Shown here: positions 42,484 to 52,728 of the stretch, in pieces
Layout of the letters: every line of letters begins with the position of its first letter
Numbering within the stretch: position 1 is the first letter of the stretch
Assembly (NCBI GenBank): GCA_002811645.1
Contig: PDIP01000010.1
Span: 124,001-188,000 of the forward strand
Length of the DNA: 64,000 nt
Source of the DNA: Corallochytrium limacisporum Hawaii
Lineage: Eukaryota; Protista; Pluriformea
Direction: 5' to 3'
Program-made: the position numbers and the translations under genes
The notes under the pieces: model-generated
Database searches by the model: none
What the model saw: the letters and a program-made list of their open reading frames with translations, nothing else
What the model was told of the DNA's origin: nothing

Positions 42484-42639
42484 CGGCCCTAGAAGACTCC
42501 TCATTTGCATTTTCAAGTTTTGCACCAATCAATTCTGCTCATCCGTTCCATCTGTAACAACACCAATCACAATGTAGTACTAGTCATTTAACACCACATC
42601 TTACAATCTAATGTCTATTCATGTGATCATCGATCTTCC

Positions 42640-43878
42640 TTATGCACCCCCTCGTTTGGCAAGCATTTGTTGCTTGAATTTGGATACACGCTGAGGCGGT
42701 TCGAATCGCTGCGGCTCAGATTCCGTTCCGCTGACGGCTGCAGTTGGTGATCGCTCCACGACCCGTTCAGTAAAAGCCCCACTTCCAGAAGAGATCGTTG
42801 CCTGCCGCTTTTGCGGACTCTGGATTGTCGTCGCCCCTGCAATGCCAACGGACTGCGATGACCCAGCACCTGATCTATCTCCGTAGGCACTGCTTTTCTT
42901 TAGAATCGATCGCTGGGTGGAGTCTTGTTGCTCCCTTGCCTTGACATCTTCGGTCCGCGGCGAGGAGTGTGGTGAGATCGCCACGCGACCAATGTGGCCG
43001 GGGCCAATTGTACTCATATCGTCCGCTGCCGACAGAGCAGTGATTTGCGACGGCTGCTGGTTCTTTGCTTTCCATAGTGATCCCGTCGTATTGTCTTTGC
43101 CCGTACTCTGCATAGACGTAATAAAGTCGTCGTAGTCCACAGGCCTGCCAAACTGGACCATTTCTGCATCGGTCAGCCCACGCCGGGGAGCGGTTGCCTC
43201 CGCCAATTCGGCTGTTGACAGTTCTTCGGTAATATCGTAGAAGTCACCAGCAACCATCTGCTCATCCTCTGCGGGCTGACCGCTCATGTCCTCAACGCCG
43301 TCGGCAATGGTTTCTGTGGGCAATCGGCGGGCGTAACCGCGTTTTTGACCTGGCTGAGGTACGGCGCCGCTGCTGGACTGTCCCTCAGAGTCCCATTGCT
43401 CGGTACTATATGTCTTTAGATTGTTTGCCTTCGTCTGCTGCTTCGTCTGCTTGGGCATTGGCTGTGGCACAGTTGCCGGATCAAGACCTCTTTTAATATA
43501 GTCCAGACGCTGCTGCAGAAGGGTAATTTCCCTGTCAATGTCAACAAGTAACGAATCCATCCATTCCTTACGCCGATCAGCAAGGTCTCTGGCTTGCTTA
43601 GCTGTCTTCATAGCGAATTGGTTTTCACCAAGCAGAACCATAATTTCCCCCGTGTGCTCAATATATCCGGGCATATACGCAAGGTCTCCGAGCGGCACCA
43701 TGGCCTTTTTTCGGTATGACTGCTGTAGGGAGCGGATCTGTTTGGAGACGTTCACATACTGCTCCCGTTGTTTCTCCACATCGGTTCTGCGCCGATCCTG
43801 CGCTGCTATGCCTCGTTCATACTCCGCAATGCTCGTCGCCTGGTCTCGCGCATTAAGACCGTCACGGTCAGCGCTCAT
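42640..43878 (-). CDS. URI1: Unconventional prefoldin RPB5 interactor URI1/Bud27
   Basis: Prefoldin-alpha MVPLGDLAYMPGYIEHTGEIMVLLGEN..TAKQA; C-terminal RVSKFK motif. Confidence 0.9.
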   Translation of the reverse strand: MSADRDGLNARDQATSIAEYERGIAAQDRRRTDVEKQREQYVNVSKQIRSLQQSYRKKAMVPLGDLAYMPGYIEHTGEIMVLLGENQFAMKTAKQARDLADRRKEWMDSLLVDIDREITLLQQRLDYIKRGLDPATVPQPMPKQTKQQTKANNLKTYSTEQWDSEGQSSSGAVPQPGQKRGYARRLPTETIADGVEDMSGQPAEDEQMVAGDFYDITEELSTAELAEATAPRRGLTDAEMVQFGRPVDYDDFITSMQSTGKDNTTGSLWKAKNQQPSQITALSAADDMSTIGPGHIGRVAISPHSSPRTEDVKAREQQDSTQRSILKKSSAYGDRSGAGSSQSVGIAGATTIQSPQKRQATISSGSGAFTERVVERSPTAAVSGTESEPQRFEPPQRVSKFKQQMLAKRGGA

Positions 43879-44640
43879 CGTTTATGTCTTTAATATTGGT
43901 CCGGGGTCTTCTTCAACAAGTCTTGATGATGGATCAAACCATGCCTTACGAACCCTGTGCCAATAGGTAACTCATTGCCCACAGATCTCACGATAAAACA
44001 CTCTTCGGAAATAATCTAGCAGTTTCAACTGCCTCAGGGTAGCTGTCTTCGGCCTTCCTTTCAAATACCTTCCGCAATCGACTGTCAGGCAAGAATCACA
44101 CACTGTGGATGGTGACCTGAAGAGGAGAGCACGCTCTGAAAACTCGGGTTGGTGCCGCCCCATTATATGGCGAATAATTCATATAATGATCTATACTTGA
44201 ATGTTAGGGTTTTCAGCTATTTATCAACCGGTACAGTCAGCACCTGTGGAATGGGGGAGCTCTGGGGCGAAATTTTTTCTCAGTCATCCGCTGTCCCTAA
44301 GGTTGCAGGAACGTCAGGTCATTCAGTACCGGTCCCACGCAGCCAGCCAGCCAGAGGACGTGCGGTGACATTTTTGCTATGGGTGTCTATGAGCCGCACG
44401 GTTGTGGCACCGCCGGGGAACACCGGCCTGATTCGTTCCTATCTCTTGGCTTTGGACTGCGGCGATTGTTGATTTGGGGACGACAGATGGGCACACGATG
44501 AACTGAGCTTCATACGTGAAACGCACCATATTTACCGATCAATGCAACAGGTATTCCGGGTAAAGAGGATGGTGCGGTACAATTTTTCCAGACAGGAGTT
44601 GTATAAACTGACGCGGGCTGAATAGTGAGATTTGACAAAG

Positions 44641-45480
44641 ATGATAACGTCACTAGGACGCTTGTCGAGAGCGGTGAGACCGCGCCTGATGAGCTCAGTG
44701 CTCAGAGCAGCGAGTCATAGCAGTGTATCAGGACAACAGATGGTCTTAACACAGTCAGACTCGGCACGATCCACGAGTGCTTCCTTGCCGACCGTAAATC
44801 GTAGATTCCATACGACAGACTCAGAACAGACACCAGCGCAAGCAACGGATGCGGTGAAGGACGATGGAACTGTCTGTGGGACCTGTTGGTCCTGCAAAGA
44901 AGAACTGGGTCATCACGAGGACATGTTCTGTGACACATGTGAGGTAGTACAGCCGCCTAGAAAGGACGCAACCTATTTCGACCTTATGAAAGTAGAACCG
45001 GGCATGCAAATAGATGAGAAAGAGCTTACCAAGCGCTTTCGGGAACTACAGTGGTTGTTGCATCCGGATAAGTATCACCAACGGACAAAGGAAGAGCAAA
45101 GGATTGCCCCTGTCTTTTCAAGTGTGATCAACAAAGCTTACAGTACGCTTAAGGATCCTATGAGTCGGGCGCTATACCTACTCAAACTGCATAAGAAAGA
45201 ACTGGAAGAGCACGAGGGTGCCACTGATCAGGCATTGCTCATGCAGATCATGGAAGCCAATGAAACCTTGGCGGAGGCGGAAAGCTACGACGAGGTCCAT
45301 GAGCTGCGGGATGAGAACCGGGTGTTCCTTAATCAAGCGACCACAGAGGCCAGCAAGGCATTCTCGGAAGGAGACATCGATGCGGCCCGAGCAGCGGTCA
45401 TTCGTATGCAGTACTACAACAACATTGATAAGGCATGCAAGGAGTGGGAGCCAGGCAAGCCTGTGGTGATTACCCACTAA
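44641..45480 (+). CDS. HSCB: Mitochondrial Fe-S co-chaperone HscB/HSC20
   Basis: CWSC..FCDTCEVVQPP tetracysteine, J-domain LHPDKY, INKAYSTLKDPMSRALYLL, LMQIMEANE. Confidence 0.95.
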   Translation: MITSLGRLSRAVRPRLMSSVLRAASHSSVSGQQMVLTQSDSARSTSASLPTVNRRFHTTDSEQTPAQATDAVKDDGTVCGTCWSCKEELGHHEDMFCDTCEVVQPPRKDATYFDLMKVEPGMQIDEKELTKRFRELQWLLHPDKYHQRTKEEQRIAPVFSSVINKAYSTLKDPMSRALYLLKLHKKELEEHEGATDQALLMQIMEANETLAEAESYDEVHELRDENRVFLNQATTEASKAFSEGDIDAARAAVIRMQYYNNIDKACKEWEPGKPVVITH

Positions 45481-45592
45481 GTTTAAAAAATTCAAAGCAA
45501 AAATTGTCCTAGAGCACATCTAGTGCCCCAAAGTTCGATATTAAAGAAATTTTCCATATTCAATCCAAGCGGAAGCTTGAAGTTTGATAAGT

Positions 45593-46210
45593 CTATTCTT
45601 GTGCCTTTTCAAGGAGTTCCTGCATGAGGTGGATTGGCATGCCACGAATGCTGTCCTCTGTGCCCTCGCGATTGGATAGGAATACTGCCAGTGCCGGATC
45701 CTCTACAATGAACCCTCCACAGCTATACATGAAATCGTCGTTCGCCAGAACAATCGGCCGCAGCTTTTCCCGGTCCATGCCCTTAAAGTGTTGCTTCGCA
45801 ATGTCAACGCCATCCACGCGTTTGCCCGTCACAGTATTGGTAACTACCACACCGGAAACTGTGCAGGCAGGCTCCTCGTTATAGGACATAAGGTAATCTA
45901 AACACAGTTCAAGGTCATCAGGCTTCTCGCGGATCGTACCCTTGTAACTAACGACCTGGTCGCTGGTGATCAGCAGTGCTGGATAGTCCACAAGGTTCTG
46001 CAGTGCATCGGCCTTTGCGTGCGCAATGGCAACAGTCAGTTTCTCTGGTGGTGCTTTCGAGCGACTGTTCTCATAGCCAGGTATGGTAACAGCCTTTTCA
46101 TCAATGTCAGGCTTCATTGCCTTGAAGGGTATGCCTTCACGTTCCATGATGTCTCTGCGGAACTTGGAGCTGCTCCCCAGTACTACTGTATATTTTGGAT
46201 CGAGCTTCAT
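45593..46210 (-). CDS. Maf-like nucleoside triphosphate pyrophosphatase
   Basis: VVLGSSSKFRR, PDIDEKA, AHAKADA, LITSDQVV, IREKP, GGF, IRGMP. First ATG at 46210. Confidence 0.9.
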   Translation of the reverse strand: MKLDPKYTVVLGSSSKFRRDIMEREGIPFKAMKPDIDEKAVTIPGYENSRSKAPPEKLTVAIAHAKADALQNLVDYPALLITSDQVVSYKGTIREKPDDLELCLDYLMSYNEEPACTVSGVVVTNTVTGKRVDGVDIAKQHFKGMDREKLRPIVLANDDFMYSCGGFIVEDPALAVFLSNREGTEDSIRGMPIHLMQELLEKAQE

Positions 46211-46743
46211 TGCAACCTGTTCGATTCCCAATATCTAAGTTCTATTCCCTTTTGTTTGGGATCATGCCCTTGGTACGTATCCCATTAGCGCCAATGTCTC
46301 CCTCAAGTAACCTTTACCCAGGAACACGAGAGCGACCTGAGCCGAGTCCGCTCGATTTCAGATGTGACACTGTTGCGAACAGGCACCGCCCCACCCGGGC
46401 AGTGAGGGGGATCAGACGGAGGGGCAGGGTGACCAGCAAATGTCGGCATGGAGCCGAGGTGGTTGTTTCAGTACTGTACCAGGAGCGAGGGAGGGGGGAA
46501 ACCTGGGGAGGAATGCCTCACTCCCACTGCTGTGTGACGAATGGAGACCGACAGCAACCGCTGCCGTTCAAAGGTACTTTTGGGCACATACGTTCTTCAA
46601 CGGTCAGTAAAGGTACCCTTTGGGTGTACAAGAGGTCTAGATGTGATTTGAACTCAACTAGAAGAAATAACTATTGATAGGATCAGGATGAAATAACCGC
46701 CTGATCAGGCAAGAAACAGACAAGCTAGGATACTGGAGTCACC

Positions 46744-49700
46744 ATGTTGCGCTTCGGAGTAGCGCGCACGGTAGGGTCACTGAGCAAAGCACCGGTCTGT
46801 CTGCCATGTGCAGCACTGATGCTGGTGCGTTCTCATACTCAGACAACGCCCGGGTCCACTGAATCTCGAGATAGCCGGCCGTGGAGTCACGTACCTATGA
46901 CTCGTGAGGATGTTATTTTATTAGCATATGAAGAGGCGGAGGCGTTGGATGCTGGGAAGCATGCCTACAGCACTTCTTTACGGAAACGTATTCTGACCCC
47001 TGATGAAATTGACAAGGCGCTCCCCCGGAGATTGGCAGAGAGTGACAGAGCAGTGCCTCCGGAAGCAGCAAAGGATGGTGAGTTTCCCTTCTACGTGGCT
47101 CCGCAAACAATTGAGGAGTTGCGATACTACTGTCTGAGCAGTGTGGTCGAGCCGGAGTTTAGCCTCACTGCCCTTAGCAAGTACAAACCAGGCGCTCGGA
47201 AGGAGGACTCACTGCCGTCCTGGCCTTTCCAGGGTGTGATGGTTGATACCAATGTTGAGAACCTAGCCAAGGACGAGTCTGCAGAGCATGCGCCCGTGAG
47301 TGGGACGGCCATGCTCACCGTCGTGCACCACAATGGAACGCCCTACATATATGTGGAAAACGTAGCGAAGGCATTCGCAAAGTCATTGGATGCAAATTTT
47401 TTGGCCGTGGACGCGTACGATCTTCCGGTCACAGGTGGGTCAGTCGGCGGCGGCGAGCACCACGGGGGGGTGGTGATCGACGAGAGCCCATCACACATGG
47501 GACAGCGGGGTTGGGGCAAGGATCCGAACATGAAGCTTGTCTTCGATCCCAGCAAAGGCATCCCGGGCATCAACGCCTTCGCTGGTGCAATCGGAGCCAT
47601 CCCGCCTGGTGGACGTAGTAACAAGAGCTCTCGAGGACGGAAAGCATTGACCCAGCATGAGCAACAACGCAGTGGAAAGCAGCATTCTAAGAAGCGGCCC
47701 TCGCATGGTCAGAGCAGTACGCTCGACGAAAGCCGCACGAAGATTAGCATTGGCGGGATTGAGTTTCCGTACCCATTCTCTAGCCGAAACAAATCATCCG
47801 CCGCAGCCGCGGGTGCTCAGGGAGCTGAACAGGACGAATCTGACTCTGAAGAAGATCGCCGCAATGCGGCAGCTGCGCAGCGCAGAGATGTACTGGATTT
47901 GCCTCTGTGGGAGCAGGATGGGTACGTGGAGGGACAGGAGAGTCAACAACTGGACTCTGGTGAGCTGTTTAGGCACCATGCTAACACGATATTTATGTCT
48001 CTCGTGGACACTCGGGACGAGGAGGATCGTGTACGACCTTCTGTACTCTTTGTGCGGAATCTGCAAGCCATCATGAACTCGGAGGAGCACGCGAATGAGT
48101 TCGCAGAAGAACTGGAGCGCGCACGTGAGACAGGTCCGATCTTTGTCATTGGCTGCCGGTTCACTTCACAATTACCGGGTGCGCAGGAAGAACAACAGGA
48201 GAGTGAGGAAGTGCCGGGCCAGAACTTTGTCATGAGCTGGGTGGGGCGCTTGGCCAAGATGGACAAGGTCTTAAATTCGGGTGTCAGTCAGAGTGACGAT
48301 GATTCGCACGCACCAGTTCTTGGTGAGCACCGGTTGCAGGCCGTTCAATTTTATCTTCCACCGCCTGACAACACTGCGCTTGGTGTCCTGACCCCGCCAT
48401 ACGTGTCCCGAAGGCCGGCCTTTGATGCCTTGGACACCAACACGGTCGATGGTAACAGCAGCCCGGACTGGCGTCAAGAGTCCGATCAACACAACAGTGC
48501 CATGGCCTCGGAAGCCCCAGGCAGGGACAATGAAACTTGGCTCAAAGATCTGTTGATCTGTGAGAGCCGTGGATACCTGCTGAAGAACCATAAACTGTTG
48601 ACTCGCATGCTACGTGATGCACACCTGGTGTACACACCTTTTATTGCAGTCGATGGATTCGATGACCGCGAATATGGTACCGCAGAACTAGCACGCATTA
48701 TTTCCATGGCTGTCGGTATCTGCCTGGAACGCACTGGTGCCACTACTGGCGATCATTTGCAGATTAGCAACCAGGACATGTCTCGAGCACTCACGCTATA
48801 CTTGAGCCAGCCGGACGTAGTGGGAGCCCACCAGGGCAAGCACTTGCTGATTAACCAGACTACAGGAGAAGTCACCATGCCTCGCGCCAAGGCTGTGGAC
48901 TCGGAGGCCTTGAAGAGCAGTCTGACATCGCATGAGAAGAACCTGTTGAAGACAGTCACGAGCAAAGAGGAGATCAATGTTGGATTCAACGATGTGGGGT
49001 CTCTGGATGATGTGAAGGAGAAACTCCAGGACCTGATTCGCATGCCATTAGTCCGTCCAGATCTGTTTGCCACCGGCATTTTGAAGGAAGCAATTTCTGG
49101 CATTTTGCTATTCGGGCCCCCGGGCACTGGCAAGACGATGCTGGCCAAGGCAGTTGCCTCAGAATCTGGCGCAAATTTCATGCACGTCTCCTTCTCAGAC
49201 ATTATGAACAAGTATGTTGGTGAGGGTGAGAAGAACGCTAAGGCCGTGTTCACGTTGGCCCGCAAGCTCGCTCCCACTGTTATTTTTCTAGATGAAATCG
49301 ACTCATTGCTCAGCTCTCGAGACGGTGGACGTGGCTACACATCGAAACGTGAGGTTCTGAATGAATTCATGAGCGAATGGGACGGGATGGCCGGCCACAG
49401 TGACCGTGTAATTGTTATGGGTGCCACGAACCGGCCATTCGACTTAGACGATGCTGTTCTTCGACGTCTGCCCCGTCGCGTTATGGTGAATCTTCCGGAT
49501 GCCAAGGCACGCAAGGACATCCTGCGTATCGTAGCTCGCAAGGAGACCTTTGGCGCTGATGTCGACCTGGATGCGATCGCTGATCGTTGCGAGGGTTATT
49601 CGGGCTCCGACCTGAAAAATTTGGTTATGGCTGCGGCGCTTCAATCAGCCAAGTCCGCGCTAGACCACGAAAAGACCACAGGCCAACGTGTCACATCCCG

Positions 49701-49863
49701 AGAGATCAATATGGCCCACGTCGAGGCCGCAATGAAAAATCTGAAACGTTCTGTGGACCCATCCAAATCTCTGTCTATGCGGGAGCTGCGCGAATGGGAC
49801 CAGCTCTATGGCGAGGGCACCGGAAAGCACATTGGACACGTGAAGCTTGGCTTCAGTGCCTGA
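46744..49863 (+). CDS. Large AAA+ ATPase, ATAD1/Msp1-related, with degenerate N-terminal AAA region
   Basis: GILLFGPPGTGKTMLAKA, IFLDEIDS, NEFMSEWDG, ATNRPFDLDDAVLRRLPRR; mitochondrial-type N-terminus. Confidence 0.88.
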   Translation: MLRFGVARTVGSLSKAPVCLPCAALMLVRSHTQTTPGSTESRDSRPWSHVPMTREDVILLAYEEAEALDAGKHAYSTSLRKRILTPDEIDKALPRRLAESDRAVPPEAAKDGEFPFYVAPQTIEELRYYCLSSVVEPEFSLTALSKYKPGARKEDSLPSWPFQGVMVDTNVENLAKDESAEHAPVSGTAMLTVVHHNGTPYIYVENVAKAFAKSLDANFLAVDAYDLPVTGGSVGGGEHHGGVVIDESPSHMGQRGWGKDPNMKLVFDPSKGIPGINAFAGAIGAIPPGGRSNKSSRGRKALTQHEQQRSGKQHSKKRPSHGQSSTLDESRTKISIGGIEFPYPFSSRNKSSAAAAGAQGAEQDESDSEEDRRNAAAAQRRDVLDLPLWEQDGYVEGQESQQLDSGELFRHHANTIFMSLVDTRDEEDRVRPSVLFVRNLQAIMNSEEHANEFAEELERARETGPIFVIGCRFTSQLPGAQEEQQESEEVPGQNFVMSWVGRLAKMDKVLNSGVSQSDDDSHAPVLGEHRLQAVQFYLPPPDNTALGVLTPPYVSRRPAFDALDTNTVDGNSSPDWRQESDQHNSAMASEAPGRDNETWLKDLLICESRGYLLKNHKLLTRMLRDAHLVYTPFIAVDGFDDREYGTAELARIISMAVGICLERTGATTGDHLQISNQDMSRALTLYLSQPDVVGAHQGKHLLINQTTGEVTMPRAKAVDSEALKSSLTSHEKNLLKTVTSKEEINVGFNDVGSLDDVKEKLQDLIRMPLVRPDLFATGILKEAISGILLFGPPGTGKTMLAKAVASESGANFMHVSFSDIMNKYVGEGEKNAKAVFTLARKLAPTVIFLDEIDSLLSSRDGGRGYTSKREVLNEFMSEWDGMAGHSDRVIVMGATNRPFDLDDAVLRRLPRRVMVNLPDAKARKDILRIVARKETFGADVDLDAIADRCEGYSGSDLKNLVMAAALQSAKSALDHEKTTGQRVTSREINMAHVEAAMKNLKRSVDPSKSLSMRELREWDQLYGEGTGKHIGHVKLGFSA

Positions 49864-50054
49864 CGCTGTTGCCGGATCTAGTGCCAAGGGAACAAATACA
49901 TTAATACATGTCATTGACACCATACTCATCATCATAGTTGTTCGGTAAGGGTTGCGCACGGCATAAGCGAATTATGGCCGTTGTACCTCTCTCTCTCTCT
50001 ATGGAGACCTGTCGGAAGCGCCCCCCCCCCCTAAAAAAGGGCAAAGACAGGGGC

Positions 50055-50076
50055 AAAAAAAAAAGAAAAAAAAAAA
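50055..50076 (-). terminator. Pol III oligo(T) terminator of tRNA-Gly
   Basis: Two long A runs on + (T runs on -) starting 5 nt after the discriminator base. Confidence 0.8.
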
Positions 50077-50081
50077 GGGTG

Positions 50082-50198
50082 TGCGCCGACCGGGATTCCC
50101 GTTCAATGTCAGTACCAAATTTTGGCTTTCACGGTTGAGTTTCGAACCCGGGTCACCTGCTTGGAAGGCAGGGATGTTAACCACTACACTATCGGCGC
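50082..50198 (-). tRNA. tRNA-Gly: tRNA-Gly(TCC) with a 45-nt T-loop intron (50096-50140) at position 59/60
   Basis: Acceptor GCGCCGA/TCGGCGC+A; D stem GTGT/ACAT with AGTGGTTA loop; anticodon stem CCTGC/GCAGG, loop CT-TCC-AA; variable TGAC; T stem CCGGG/CCCGG with loop TTCGAA^T after removing 45 nt (72-nt mature body). Confidence 0.95.
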
Positions 50199-50226
50199 GG
50201 CGCTAATGGAAATGGCCGAAAAAGTG

Positions 50227-50235
50227 ATATATATA
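50227..50235 (-). promoter_or_regulatory. TATA-like element about 30 nt upstream of tRNA-Gly
   Basis: ATATATATA at about -29 to -37 from the tRNA 5' end, a position typical of TBP/TFIIIB binding. Confidence 0.5.
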
Positions 50236-50523
50236 CTCCCCGTGATATGGACATCTTGCGTGAGCCAAGGCAGCAGGCTGGTGAAGAGGGACCGGGGCCG
50301 GGGCACTCACCCTGGTCGTCGCAAGCAATGCTTCCACTTGTGCTTCAAGGGTGCTTGTGGGTGGCGGTCAATATGGCAAACGTGACGATTCTGGTGACGT
50401 TTGGTATCCTGCCAAAACTATTTATCGAATGGATTACATATTAGCTCCGGTGGTATTGATCGGAGTTGTGGAAGGCTAGAGTTATTCAACGGCCTTTTTC
50501 GGGAGGATGAAAGTCTCGAGCAC

Positions 50524-51801
50524 ATGATCATGGCCTTGAGGCCACTCTCAATCTATCTGCACTATCCATTTTGCGTGCAGAAATGTACATACTGTAACTT
50601 CAACAAATATGTGTACCCGGGAAAGCAGGCAAAGAATGCAAACCAACCAGAAGAGATTGTATCCCTGCTGAAAACCGAGGCCGCCGATTTGTTGGGCAAG
50701 CGCCTCAGTCTCGGCGATGACGTCGCTCTGCGCAGTGTCTACTTTGGCGGAGGTACACCGTCTTTGATGCGGGGCGATCAGCTCAGTGAATTGGTACAGC
50801 TTATCTTTGATGAGACTCGGAAGGGAGGCGCAGTCGTAGACGCGCCGACGGTCGAGGTCACACTGGAGGCGAACCCGTCGGATGTCGACCCCACAGAACG
50901 GTCGGACCTTTCTGCGCTGCTTGGAGCCGTGAATCGCGTCAGTTTGGGCATACAAGCGCTTGATAATGCCGAGCTATCGGCACTGGGCCGTACCCACACC
51001 TCTGCGCAAGCACAGCGTAGCTTTGAATTCATTTACGACAACTGCGGCCTCACCAACGTCAGCGTCGACTTCATTTATGGACGACCAGGTCAGCGGTCGG
51101 TGTCTGCTGTCGAGGCAGAGCTCCATGATGCTGCGGTGACCCGTGGCCTGTTTAGAGGGGGCCATGCGAGCATCTATGAACTGACATACGAAAAAGGTAC
51201 TCCGTTGTACAATCAGGGGCGACACAGCCGACATGAGGACGAGACCGTGCTGGCCATGGGCAACGCGGTCCGTCGGTTCATGACCGAAGACTTGGGCTGG
51301 GAGAACTACGAAATCTCTTCATATGTTGACATCAAAGGCAATGGCCAGCGATCGCAGCACAATCAGAGCTACTGGACAGGTGTTGAATATCTGGGCATCG
51401 GGCCTGGAGCCCACGGACGCGTTCGTGGGGATCACAACACGATATTGGCCACGGTGCAGGCGCCGGGCTTGAATGTATGGTCCTCTCTGGTGACACAGAA
51501 CGGCCATGCCACTGTGCGATCGGACGTAATAAGCACGCAACGCAGAGCAGAGGAACTTATCATGGGTTGCATGCGCCGCAAGGAAGGACTGAACATTGGC
51601 ATTTTGGACGCTACTGCATCTGGATCCATCCGTGACATCTTTCCTGCCCAGCTCATGGACGATCTATTATCTGCTGGGTATATCCAATTGGCGGACGAGG
51701 GCACGACGATACGCGTGCCTCCGAGCAAGTGGGCTCTCACCGACGGCATCAGCCGCATCCTCGCCGAAAACGTCCTGCTCTCCTCAATCCAGGGTCACTG
51801 A
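50524..51801 (+). CDS. RSAD1: Radical SAM heme chaperone HemW/RSAD1
   Basis: IYLHYPFCVQKCTYCNF (CxxxCxxC), YFGGGTPS, TLEANP, NRVSLGIQ, YEISSY, HNQSYW (HemW HNxxYW), YLGIGPGAHG. First ATG at 50524 or 50530. Confidence 0.92.
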   Translation: MIMALRPLSIYLHYPFCVQKCTYCNFNKYVYPGKQAKNANQPEEIVSLLKTEAADLLGKRLSLGDDVALRSVYFGGGTPSLMRGDQLSELVQLIFDETRKGGAVVDAPTVEVTLEANPSDVDPTERSDLSALLGAVNRVSLGIQALDNAELSALGRTHTSAQAQRSFEFIYDNCGLTNVSVDFIYGRPGQRSVSAVEAELHDAAVTRGLFRGGHASIYELTYEKGTPLYNQGRHSRHEDETVLAMGNAVRRFMTEDLGWENYEISSYVDIKGNGQRSQHNQSYWTGVEYLGIGPGAHGRVRGDHNTILATVQAPGLNVWSSLVTQNGHATVRSDVISTQRRAEELIMGCMRRKEGLNIGILDATASGSIRDIFPAQLMDDLLSAGYIQLADEGTTIRVPPSKWALTDGISRILAENVLLSSIQGH

Positions 51802-52728
51802 GCTGAATTGCTCCCCACAAGCATTCACATCACCATCATCATCGTCATTATAAACCATCTTAATTGGTCCAGCGATCAATTTTTAGATTCAGAATACGCG
51901 CCTCACCGCGTCTCGTCGTTTGTTCAATGTTGCTAGATCGCTGCCCGAAAGGGGAGTCCATATTCTCAACTTCCTGCCCTGCACACGGCCCATCTATGCC
52001 TTTGGCGCGAAACCGGCCACCTCGGTACTTTCAGTACCCCACCGATAAGTCCTCCATCAGCCACTTTTTTCGGTTTTTGTTTTTTTTTCTTTTGGTCCCC
52101 GTCCCAGTCAGCGCCAGGCGGCCTGCCCTCCTCCCCACCCCCTGCTGGCAAATCGGGGGGTGTGAGGAGGGCCCCCCTCTCTCCCGTTTTGATGGCCTCG
52201 ACACACACCGGTTGGAAAAAAAGAGGGGGGGGGGGAGTGTGGGCTCCGCATGGAACCGGAGAGGGGAAGGGAGGTTGAAGTAGCAGGAGGGAGTGGGGCC
52301 CCTTGGGAAGGGGGGGGGGTGGTGGTGTTAGTGGCGGTTTCGAGACATAACACTTGAGAAATATGGCTGGGCAAAGGGAAAGGGGTAAAGGGGGTCTCAG
52401 GCCTGTTGTAAAGGCTGCTGCGAGCATTCGGACGGCGAGCACGGGGGATGTTGTCGATAAGTCGCTTCACCAACCATGTTGTTCATTCCACTTAAGTTCC
52501 TGTATGCGAGAAAAGGTAGTAGAAAACACAGGGTCTGGATTTCTGAAAACCGATGAAGATACTCTGCATGACATATGTACCGTAGTAGGTTTTATTGGCG
52601 ACTGCGATATCTGGCTCTGTGGAGGGGCAAACATGGGAACCTGACCTTTATAAAGAGGAATTTGGTGCCCATCTAAGGGGAAATTATAGAATAGCGTAGA
52701 CATAATACGGTGATACGTTAGTTACAGT

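Noticed and set aside
42481-42492. TGA-CGG readthrough-like context at the NAA15 stop
   Set aside because: An in-frame TAG follows two codons later, so no meaningful extension or targeting signal.
44203-44211. AACCCTAAC on the minus strand as a telomerase template
   Set aside because: A 9-mer is expected by chance in 64 kb and no supporting structure was seen.
22079-51801. Apparent Fe-S/mitochondrial gene cluster (NUBP1, MIPEP, HSCB, RSAD1)
   Set aside because: Genes are interspersed with unrelated housekeeping genes; compatible with chance in a compact genome.
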